Part shown: one piece after another, positions 20,909 through 28,555 of the stretch
Layout of the letters: each line of letters opens with the position of its first letter
Position numbering within the stretch: position 1 is the first letter of the stretch
Origin: an uncultured Flammeovirgaceae bacterium
GTDB lineage: Bacteria > Bacteroidota > Bacteroidia > Cytophagales > Cyclobacteriaceae
Assembly (NCBI GenBank): GCA_913050055.1
Contig: CAJXAT010000002.1
Coordinates: 23,633-63,632 of the forward strand
Direction: 5' to 3'
Length of the DNA stretch: 40,000 nt
Translations under genes and position numbers: made by a program
Notes under the pieces: generated by a model
Database searches by the model: none
Told to the model about the DNA's origin: nothing
Seen by the model: only the letters and a program-made list of their open reading frames with translations

Positions 20909-20933
20909 TCGATTATTTAATATTAACTCAAAA

Positions 20934-21644
20934 TTAATAAATTCTCTTCCCCCAAAAGAAAGTAAAAAAAGCGGAGGTGTACAAAGCCCTATTGGGCTTG
21001 GTGGGTACAATAACTATTTGTTTAACATAACCTTCAGCCATCACACCAAACTCAATCCCAATCACATTCCTCATAAAACTGCCAAATTCAAAATCTAATG
21101 CCGCTTTAATATTGATTCCAGGGATTATTTTTGACTCCCCAAAGCCCTGTAAAAATTTACCTGAACCCTGGATGGATTGTAAATTCGTATACCTTACTGG
21201 ATCGTATACCACATATTCTCCACCAGAGGTAAGCACATAATAGGGGATGACAATACCAATGGTTGGTCCTGCGGTTATATTGGCATTAATTTGAACTCCT
21301 TTTTGACTTTCCTTTCCATATATAATTTTATCCCTCCCATATTGACCTCTAATAGCCAATAATCTATTTTGCTTTCCCCAAATGAAGGTGCTTCCATTTT
21401 GTGAGGAAGTATATTTTAGCTCACTAGGATGTGCTACGTTTACCAGCTCAAAACCGAAAGTTTCGAAAATACCCTTTTTGTGACTTCTTCCGTATCTAAA
21501 AACTGCTCCTCCAATCAAACTACTATTGGTATTGGTCGTCACTCCCCAAATAAATTCTTTTACGTATTGATCTTGGTCATCAAATTGGGAAAACCCCAAA
21601 AAGAAGCTTAAAATCATAAAAAAAGTTAGAATTCCTTTAAACAT
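20934..21644 (-). CDS. Hypothetical secreted/outer-membrane beta-barrel-like protein
   Basis: Signal peptide [20 protein letters not shown]; alternating beta-rich sequence, aromatic C-terminus. Confidence 0.55.
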   Translation of the reverse strand: MFKGILTFFMILSFFLGFSQFDDQDQYVKEFIWGVTTNTNSSLIGGAVFRYGRSHKKGIFETFGFELVNVAHPSELKYTSSQNGSTFIWGKQNRLLAIRGQYGRDKIIYGKESQKGVQINANITAGPTIGIVIPYYVLTSGGEYVVYDPVRYTNLQSIQGSGKFLQGFGESKIIPGINIKAALDFEFGSFMRNVIGIEFGVMAEGYVKQIVIVPTKPNRALYTSAFFTFFWGKRIY

Positions 21645-21690
21645 TAATCGATTTATTCTTCAGTTGTAACGTAAAGATAAAAGTTTGTAA

Positions 21691-22092
21691 ATGCAATTCA
21701 AATCGAATTATCAAGGAAGATTAAGAACTTCAATCATGCATCAAGGTTCTGGAGATCCGCTCCTTACCGATGCGCCCAAAGATAACAAAGGTCAAGGTAA
21801 AACTTTTCCACCAACCGATCTGGTGGCAGCAGCTTTAGTTAGTTGCATAGCAACCATTATGGGTATAGAAGCTGATAAAATGAATGTTAACCTTAGTGGC
21901 CTGACTTGGGAGACCACCAAAGAGATGCAAACCCATCCAAGAACCATTGGGAAGATTAAGGTACATTTTAGTTGGAAGAACTGCGAAATTTCTTTTGAAC
22001 AACATGTTTTATTAAAAAACAAAGGCCTGGCCTGCCCAGTCATGTTGGCGCTCTCACCCAACATCATTCAAGAAATTACCTTCGACTTTTAA
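21691..22092 (+). CDS. OsmC family protein
   Basis: GKTFPPTDLVAAALVSCIATIMGI...; ...GLACPVMLAL; OsmC Cys pair. Confidence 0.85.
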   Translation: MQFKSNYQGRLRTSIMHQGSGDPLLTDAPKDNKGQGKTFPPTDLVAAALVSCIATIMGIEADKMNVNLSGLTWETTKEMQTHPRTIGKIKVHFSWKNCEISFEQHVLLKNKGLACPVMLALSPNIIQEITFDF

Positions 22093-22433
22093 TCCTCTTG
22101 AAGATAAGCCAATAACACTTGGTAATCTATACCGAAATGCGAATCATGATACGTAACCGATCCCCCTTCAACAACTAATAACTGGGGTGATTCATGGCGC
22201 ACGTCAAAATCAATGGAAATTTGATCAGAGATACGGCGGTACCTGAGCAAATCTAAAAAATAGATGGATAAATTCCTTACCTCATCCCCACGCCATTTTC
22301 GTTCGAGACGATCAAGCACCATGGCACTGGTTGAACAGCTTGTGCTGTGCTTGAATATCATCACAGGCTGCTCTTGAGACGCTTGTTTGATTTCTAGCAA
22401 TTGATCTTCATTTATTAGAGGTATCCAGTTCAT
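22089..22433 (-). CDS. ytxJ: YtxJ-like bacillithiol-system monothiol bacilliredoxin
   Basis: QPVMIFKHSTSCSTSAMVLDRLERKW..., YFLDLLRYRRISDQISIDFDVRHESPQLLVVEGGSVTYHDSHFGI. Confidence 0.82.
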   Translation of the reverse strand: MNWIPLINEDQLLEIKQASQEQPVMIFKHSTSCSTSAMVLDRLERKWRGDEVRNLSIYFLDLLRYRRISDQISIDFDVRHESPQLLVVEGGSVTYHDSHFGIDYQVLLAYLQED

Positions 22434-23095
22434 TAATTATTCCAAATTTTTCGTTCTTTTTTATCAAATTTTGCGGGGCTTACCTTCTCCTTGATCCCTT
22501 CAGGAGTACGGGTACTTGATCCCAAGTTCACCCATAATAAATTCCAATCTCTATTTTTAGAATGTAAATATCCTCCTTGTTCTGATTTTTTAATATTTAC
22601 ATCCGTGATAGTTGGAACCCTAAAGGAAGTCCAGGGCTTACTTTTTATAAATAAATCAAATGTAGACCAGCTCAAGACACTTGCATTAAAATAATTTTTT
22701 TGCCCCGATACACTTCTAATTCTACTTTTTTTAAAATCGTTTTTTTCAAACTCCACATATTTTAGACTCTTACGCAAAGCATGAGCAACCCGACTCAAAT
22801 CACTTGCATTAAAGTGATTTTTATGCCCCATTACACTTCTAATTTTGTTATTTTCAAACTCATGGCTTGTAAACTTCCCATGCTTCAACCGTTTACCCAA
22901 AACATAAGCCCCGTCACCTTCAAGAGGCCTCTTTTGATTTTTATTCCAAAAAAATATCCTGCGACCCTTTTTCTTGACCTTTATCGTTCTCAGTTTAACA
23001 TCGCTATCAGGTATTATTTGAGCCTGCCCATTAAAAGAAATACAGCACAAAAAAAATACCAATAATAAGAAAAATATGTAAGGTGACCCCTTCAA
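22433..23095 (-). CDS. Hypothetical secreted protein with duplicated ~41-aa unit
   Basis: Signal peptide; two copies of the ...L+..F...F+..+IRSV.G.KN.FNAS.LS pattern. Confidence 0.55.
   Translation of the reverse strand: MKGSPYIFFLLLVFFLCCISFNGQAQIIPDSDVKLRTIKVKKKGRRIFFWNKNQKRPLEGDGAYVLGKRLKHGKFTSHEFENNKIRSVMGHKNHFNASDLSRVAHALRKSLKYVEFEKNDFKKSRIRSVSGQKNYFNASVLSWSTFDLFIKSKPWTSFRVPTITDVNIKKSEQGGYLHSKNRDWNLLWVNLGSSTRTPEGIKEKVSPAKFDKKERKIWNN
22678..22853. repeat. Intragenic direct repeat: 22678-22730 and 22801-22853, period 123 bp (41 codons)
   Basis: CACTTGCATTAAA.T.ATTTTT.TGCCCC..TACACTTCTAATT shared between copies, roughly 80% or more identical by eye. Confidence 0.8.
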
Positions 23096-23118
23096 AACTT
23101 TAATGTAAATTAATCAAA

Positions 23119-25086
23119 TTAATATTTTAGTAAATAATTTAACTGTTCAAGTAACCGCTGCTGGGGTAAAAAATTTTGTTCCAAGGCATTAGAAAATGGA
23201 ACAGGCGTGTCCAAACTTCCTACTCTCAAAACAGGCGCATCTAGATCTTCAAAGCAATGCGTACCTATCCAAGCGGCAATTTCTGCACCAATACCACCTG
23301 TTATGCAATCTTCGTGAAGAATCAAACTCTTGTTAGTTTTCTTTACTGATGTACTTACCGTTTCTTTATCCCAAGGCATTAAAGTACATAAATCAATTAT
23401 TTCGAGTCCATCTATCGTTTTGGATGCTTCTAATGCCCAATGTACGCCCATTCCATAAGTAATAATGGTTAATCTATCTCCTTTCAACGCTACTTGTGCC
23501 TTTCCTATTTCCATTGTATGATAGCCCTTGGCTACCGGTCCCATCAAAGATCGATACAAATATTTATGCTCAAAAAATAGGTAAGGGTTGGGGTCTTCAA
23601 TCGCCGCACACAATAAGCCCTTGGCTGCTGCTGGCGTGGATGGGTATACAATTTTCAAGCCAGGCGTATGAAAAAACCAAGCTTCATTTGATTGTGAATG
23701 AAAAGGCCCTGCATTTACACCCGCACCTGTTGGCATTCTTATCACAACGTCTGCATTTTGTGCCCATCGATAATAAGATTTTGCCAAATTATTGACAATT
23801 TGATTAAACCCACAGGTAACGAAATCTGCAAATTGCATTTCCATTACCGACTTCATGCCCGCAATACTGAGCCCCAAGGTAATCCCCACAATGGCTGATT
23901 CACATAAAGGTGTATTTCGAATCCGTAGAGATCCAAATTGTTCTAAAAATCCTTCCGAAATTTTAAAAACTCCTCCATAATCTGCAATATCCTGTCCTAA
24001 AAATACAAGCTCCTTGTGACGCTCCAAACTTTGCCGAAGACCTTCTGAAATGGCATCAACATATCTAATATCTCTGGTTTTGGGCTCTAAATCTCTATTT
24101 TTTTGAGTAAATGGTGCATAAACATCAGCGAGTTCTTGTTCCGGGTTGACCGTTAATGGCGCTTCGCTGAAGGCCTTTTTAACCGCCATATTAATCTCTT
24201 TTTTAATATCCTCTTTAAGAGTTTCTAAAACATTCGAGTCAATTCCCGACTCAATTAGGAAAGATTCATAATTGGCAATAGGATCTTTTTTTGCCCAATA
24301 ATCCATCAACTCTTTCGGAACGTATTTAGTCCCCGAAGCCTCCTCATGACCTCGCATTCTAAACGTTTTGGCCTCAAAAATGACGGGCCGAGGTCGCTCT
24401 CTTATAGAATCGCAAACCTTTTCAAGTTCATTCATGACTTCTAGGATGTTATTCCCATCTACCGAGATGGCTTCTATTCCGTAAGCTGGACCTTTCACCA
24501 AAAATGAATCAAAATTAAACTGTTGATTACTGGGAGTTGAAAGGCCATAGCCATTATTTTCGATAACAAAAATTACAGGTAAATTCCAAACAGAAGCGAC
24601 ATTAACAGCTTCATGGAAATCTCCTTGACTCGTACCCCCGTCACCTGTGAAAACAAGGGTCACCTTTTTCTTTTTTTGTATCAAGTCAGCCAATGCAATC
24701 CCATCCGCAACCCCAAGTTGTGGTCCCAAATGAGAGATCATCCCAACCAAGTGATGTTCTGTGGTACCAAAATGGAAGGAACGATCTCGCCCTTTGGTAA
24801 ATCCATTAGCTTTCCCTTGAAATTGGCTAAATAGCTTTTCTAGTGGGATTTTTCTAGTGGTAAATATCCCTAAATTTCGATGCATAGGTAAAAGGTATTC
24901 CGAATCCTTCAAGCACAAGGCAGCGCCAACACTGATGGCTTCTTGGCCAATTCCTGAAAACCATTTGGTTATTTTACCTTGCCTTAGCAGGATTAACATC
25001 TTTTCTTCCATCAAACGGGGCGTAACCAGTTCTTGGTAAATTTCGGTCAACCTACTTTTTGATCTTTTATTGGGTTCAAATTTCAT
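23119..25086 (-). CDS. Branched-chain 2-oxoacid dehydrogenase E1, fused alpha and beta subunits
   Basis: Alpha part: GDGGTSQGDFHEAVNVASVW.LPVIFVIENNGYGLSTP; beta part: YVDAISEGLRQSLERHKELVFLGQDIADYGGVFKIS, RNTPLCESAIVG, MEMQFADF, RMPTGAG. Confidence 0.9.
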   Translation of the reverse strand: MKFEPNKRSKSRLTEIYQELVTPRLMEEKMLILLRQGKITKWFSGIGQEAISVGAALCLKDSEYLLPMHRNLGIFTTRKIPLEKLFSQFQGKANGFTKGRDRSFHFGTTEHHLVGMISHLGPQLGVADGIALADLIQKKKKVTLVFTGDGGTSQGDFHEAVNVASVWNLPVIFVIENNGYGLSTPSNQQFNFDSFLVKGPAYGIEAISVDGNNILEVMNELEKVCDSIRERPRPVIFEAKTFRMRGHEEASGTKYVPKELMDYWAKKDPIANYESFLIESGIDSNVLETLKEDIKKEINMAVKKAFSEAPLTVNPEQELADVYAPFTQKNRDLEPKTRDIRYVDAISEGLRQSLERHKELVFLGQDIADYGGVFKISEGFLEQFGSLRIRNTPLCESAIVGITLGLSIAGMKSVMEMQFADFVTCGFNQIVNNLAKSYYRWAQNADVVIRMPTGAGVNAGPFHSQSNEAWFFHTPGLKIVYPSTPAAAKGLLCAAIEDPNPYLFFEHKYLYRSLMGPVAKGYHTMEIGKAQVALKGDRLTIITYGMGVHWALEASKTIDGLEIIDLCTLMPWDKETVSTSVKKTNKSLILHEDCITGGIGAEIAAWIGTHCFEDLDAPVLRVGSLDTPVPFSNALEQNFLPQQRLLEQLNYLLKY

Positions 25087-25172
25087 GATTCAAAAAATTT
25101 CGAAAAAGACTTTGTAAAGATGGTACACTCTCATGAATTTTTAGATGTTATTTTTGTATTTCACAATAGCTT

Positions 25173-26402
25173 ATGATTGAATTCGAAAAATTTAAATTAA
25201 CCAATGGCCTTGAGGTAATTCTTCATCAGGACAAAACCTCTTCGTTGGTCTGTTTGAACACCCTATACAAAGTGGGCTCTAAAAATGAAGATCCTAATAA
25301 AACTGGCTTTGCCCATCTTTTTGAACACTTGATGTTTGGGGGATCCAAGCATATCCCTAATTTTGATAGCCCCTTGCAAGCTGTAGGAGGTGATAACAAT
25401 GCCTTCACAAGTAGTGACATTACCAATTATTATACTACAGTTCCTGCAAATAATATAGAAACTGGTTTCTGGCTTGAATCAGATCGGATGTTGGCATTGT
25501 CATTTGAAGAGCAAGTCCTTGAAAGAGAGAAAAATGTGGTCATTGAAGAATTTAAACAACGCTACCTAAATCAACCCTATGGAGATGTTTGGTTGAAATT
25601 GAGCCCTGCAGCCTATCAATTACACCCATATCGTTGGCCAACCATCGGAAAAGAAATTTCTCATATTAAAAATATAAATATGGAAGAGGTAAAGGCGTTT
25701 TTTGATACTTACTATGCGCCCTCCAACGCGATATTGGTCATTGCAGGTAACATTAACCTCTTAGAGGCGCAGCGACTTTGCGCCAAATGGTTTGCACCTA
25801 TTGAGGATCGAAGTGTGAACAAGCGTATCATCCCCTTGGAGCCAAAGCAGAGTCAGCATCGGCACATCGATTTAACAGCCCAAGTTCCCCAAAATGCTAT
25901 TTATAAAGCTTATCACATGCCCGGCAGGGCCAGCAAACAATATCAAGCAAATGATTTACTCTCAGATATTTTAGGCAGAGGCAAGTCTTCTATTTTACAC
26001 CAGCACGGTGTTAAAAAATCACAGATTTTTTCTTCCTCATCTTCTTACGTAACCGGAAGTATAGACCCAGGGCTTATGATTATTAGTGGTCGGCTCAGTG
26101 AAAATATTACTTTTGAGACCGCTGAAAAAACACTTGATGATGCTTTTCAAGAACTAATGACTCAACCTGCTGAATCACTCCAAAAAGTTAAAAATATGGC
26201 TACCTCGTCCATTACTTTTGGAGAGATCGATTTATTAAATAGGGCCATGAGTTTAGCTTATAACACCCATTTGGGAAATACCGATTTAGTCAATAAAGAG
26301 ATTGACATCGTTGAAGCGGTAACTGAAAAAGAAATAAGTGCTGCCATCCACAGTACCTTACTTGAATCAAATTGTACCACATTGTATTATCATAAAAATT
26401 AA
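25173..26402 (+). CDS. M16 family zinc peptidase
   Basis: KNKTGFAHLFEHLMFGGSKH (HxxEH), GGDNNAFTSSDITNYYTTVP, RYLNQPYGD. Confidence 0.92.
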   Translation: MIEFEKFKLTNGLEVILHQDKTSSLVCLNTLYKVGSKNEDPNKTGFAHLFEHLMFGGSKHIPNFDSPLQAVGGDNNAFTSSDITNYYTTVPANNIETGFWLESDRMLALSFEEQVLEREKNVVIEEFKQRYLNQPYGDVWLKLSPAAYQLHPYRWPTIGKEISHIKNINMEEVKAFFDTYYAPSNAILVIAGNINLLEAQRLCAKWFAPIEDRSVNKRIIPLEPKQSQHRHIDLTAQVPQNAIYKAYHMPGRASKQYQANDLLSDILGRGKSSILHQHGVKKSQIFSSSSSYVTGSIDPGLMIISGRLSENITFETAEKTLDDAFQELMTQPAESLQKVKNMATSSITFGEIDLLNRAMSLAYNTHLGNTDLVNKEIDIVEAVTEKEISAAIHSTLLESNCTTLYYHKN

Positions 26403-26406
26403 GTCT

Positions 26407-26892
26407 ATGAAACCTGCTATTAAAATTGGCTATGGCTATGACGTTCATCAGCTTGCCCCTCAAGTAGACTTCTGGCTGGGGGGTATCAAAATTCCCCATA
26501 CCCACGGAGCGATCGGTCATTCTGATGCAGACGTATTGATTCATGTCATTTGCGACGCGCTACTTGGGGCTGCCAACTTACGTGATATCGGCTTTCACTT
26601 TTCTGATAAAGATCCGAAATTCAAAGACATTGATAGTAAGCTATTGTTGAAAGAAGTTATGAATCTCATTGATGAAAAAGGTTATAAAATTGGAAATATT
26701 GATACCACAATATGCCTGCAAGAACCTAAGATCGGACCTTACATTGAAAATATAAAAGCTTGTCTATCTCAGGTAATGGTTCTAGATAAAGCAGATATCT
26801 CGATCAAAGCTACCACGACCGAAACCCTTGGATTTGTAGGTAAAAAAGAGGGCGTTTCCGCACACGCCGTCGTCCTTATCTATAAAGATTAA
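26407..26892 (+). CDS. ispF: 2-C-methyl-D-erythritol 2,4-cyclodiphosphate synthase
   Basis: IGYGYDVHQL, GAIGHSDADVLIHVICDALLGAANLRDIGFHFSDKDPKFKDIDS, TTTETLGFVGKKEGVSAHAV; start at internal Met. Confidence 0.96.
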   Translation: MKPAIKIGYGYDVHQLAPQVDFWLGGIKIPHTHGAIGHSDADVLIHVICDALLGAANLRDIGFHFSDKDPKFKDIDSKLLLKEVMNLIDEKGYKIGNIDTTICLQEPKIGPYIENIKACLSQVMVLDKADISIKATTTETLGFVGKKEGVSAHAVVLIYKD

Positions 26893-26899
26893 AAGTAAT

Positions 26900-27586
26900 A
26901 TGATTCCTTCAAACGCTGAAAATAATGATAAAAAAGCATCTCTAAAATCGCCCAACTTAGTACTGTTTACTACTGGAGATGGTTCTTCATCCTTATTGGA
27001 TACGGAATTAAATGATTTTTATCATTCAACGAAAGGGGCCATTGGAGAATCTCTGCATGTTTACATTGAGCAAGGCCTTGACTATTTTAAAAGAATAGAT
27101 CCTTCCTGCAAGCACATTAAGATTCTCGAAATCGGATTTGGAACAGGATTGAACGCCCTACTCTCCATCAATTGGGCACAAGACAATTCATGTCTAGTTG
27201 ATTATGAAAGCCTAGAGACCCATCCCTTACCTGCAGCCATTTATACACAGTTACAATTCAAAAATTGGTCTAAAAATGTGGCCAAGATTCATCAATGTGA
27301 ATGGGGGGTTACTCATAGCATTAATAAGGTCTTTAAGCTGACCAAGTATAGCGCGTCACTTGAAAAATTCAAACAGATACACTCCTATTACGATGTGATT
27401 TTTTTTGATGCTTTTAGCCCGTCAAAACAGCCCAGTATTTGGTGCCAATCGAATTTAAAAAAATGCTTTAACTATCTCAAAAAAAATAGATTTTTGGTCA
27501 CCTACTGCGCACAAGGGCAATTCAAAAGAGATTTAATTGCGATAGGATTTGAGATCGAAACGTTACCTGGTGCCATGGGGAAATGA
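26900..27586 (+). CDS. mnmD: tRNA (5-methylaminomethyl-2-thiouridine)(34) methyltransferase-like (MnmD), apparently truncated just before the C-terminal motif
   Basis: LVLFTTGDGSSSLLDTELNDFYHSTKGAIGESLHVYIEQGL, ILEIGFGTGLNALLS, YYDVIFFDAFSPSKQPSIW, YCAQGQFKRDL; in-frame TGA then EMIRAQKVN. Confidence 0.88.
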   Translation: MIPSNAENNDKKASLKSPNLVLFTTGDGSSSLLDTELNDFYHSTKGAIGESLHVYIEQGLDYFKRIDPSCKHIKILEIGFGTGLNALLSINWAQDNSCLVDYESLETHPLPAAIYTQLQFKNWSKNVAKIHQCEWGVTHSINKVFKLTKYSASLEKFKQIHSYYDVIFFDAFSPSKQPSIWCQSNLKKCFNYLKKNRFLVTYCAQGQFKRDLIAIGFEIETLPGAMGK

Positions 27587-27610
27587 GAAATGATTCGCGC
27601 CCAAAAAGTT

Positions 27611-27632
27611 AATTAGGCTGTTCTAATTTTTG
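27611..27632. terminator. Weak AT-rich hairpin plus T-run between convergent genes
   Basis: AATTAG-GCTGTT-CTAATT followed by TTTG; overlaps stop codon of the minus-strand gene. Confidence 0.25.
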
Positions 27633-28552
27633 TTTTCAGCCTCCTCTTGGGCCTTTTGGGCAATCTCAGAGGTCAATACTTGCTCTAAAGATGATATCGC
27701 AGATACGTTAAAGAAGCCAACAGGATGAATAGCTGAGTTCACATCCTCATTCATCAAATTAGTTGACACATTTGAAAATGGTTGCGCAAACAAAGCCCCA
27801 AATCCACCCGAACGAACCGTTTGAATCTTTACTTCATTAAGAAAATAAAAAGCCGACTCACTGATAGAATATATTTCGACATAGATCGTATCTCCAATCG
27901 AATAAGGTGGCTCCTCGTCTGTGTCAAAAGGATTGATCAATTCTTGTATTGGTTGAATAAATACCTGACCATCTATGTTCCCCCCTGCACTGAAACCTGC
28001 ATCATAGGCGATGTTTATTTCACTTGCCTTATTGAGATATACTCCATTTTTCCAAGCTTTTATCCAATAGGTATTTCCCACTCCCGCTAAATCCGTAGCT
28101 ACTACCTCAGCCAAATAATAATCCTCTGCTGTAGAAAAGTCTTCCTCTTGATACTTAAAGGTAATTGAATCTATAGGGGGCACTGGGTTCATTTCTGAAG
28201 TTCCACTAAACCGTATTCCATCAATGGATACATTCAGCTGATAAGAAGTCCCCACTTGCAGAAATGAGGTACTTAAAGAATCCCCCCAGACATATCCTCC
28301 CTCTGTTTCTTCGAAATCGTATCTATTTCCATCTTCATCGGTCAAATAAACTTTGGCTCCAGAAAGAAGTTTCGGAAGCTCGGACATGAAATAATTATTG
28401 GATTTAGATAAAAATATCTTTTGGCTCCCGGGCAAATCATTCAGCCATGCATCTACCACATATTGTTCTAGACTAGGTTCAAGTTCAGGATAGATGATGT
28501 TCTCACAAGCAAAAAAAGCAAAAGCAATGAGCAAAATAAATATTTTTTTCAT
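27623..28552 (-). CDS. DUF4249-like lipoprotein partner of the TonB-dependent receptor
   Basis: LLIAFAFFACENIIYPELEPSLEQYVVDAWLNDLPGSQKIFLSKSNNYF...GAKVYLTDEDGNRYDFEE; immediately downstream of the receptor. Confidence 0.75.
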   Translation of the reverse strand: MKKIFILLIAFAFFACENIIYPELEPSLEQYVVDAWLNDLPGSQKIFLSKSNNYFMSELPKLLSGAKVYLTDEDGNRYDFEETEGGYVWGDSLSTSFLQVGTSYQLNVSIDGIRFSGTSEMNPVPPIDSITFKYQEEDFSTAEDYYLAEVVATDLAGVGNTYWIKAWKNGVYLNKASEINIAYDAGFSAGGNIDGQVFIQPIQELINPFDTDEEPPYSIGDTIYVEIYSISESAFYFLNEVKIQTVRSGGFGALFAQPFSNVSTNLMNEDVNSAIHPVGFFNVSAISSLEQVLTSEIAQKAQEEAENKN

Positions 28553-28555
28553 TCC

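Noticed and set aside
22089-22092. OsmC and YtxJ-like genes sharing overlapping convergent stop codons (TTAA)
   Set aside because: Visible and neat, but 4-bp convergent overlaps are common in compact genomes.
23119-25086. Fused E1 alpha-beta as a novel gene fusion
   Set aside because: This fused architecture is already common in Bacteroidota.
13567-27586. Stop-codon reassignment or selenocysteine/pyrrolysine decoding to explain the TAG and TGA
   Set aside because: Replaced residues are Glu and Arg, not Sec/Pyl sites. TAG, TGA and TAA all terminate other intact genes here, so mutation or sequence error is simpler.
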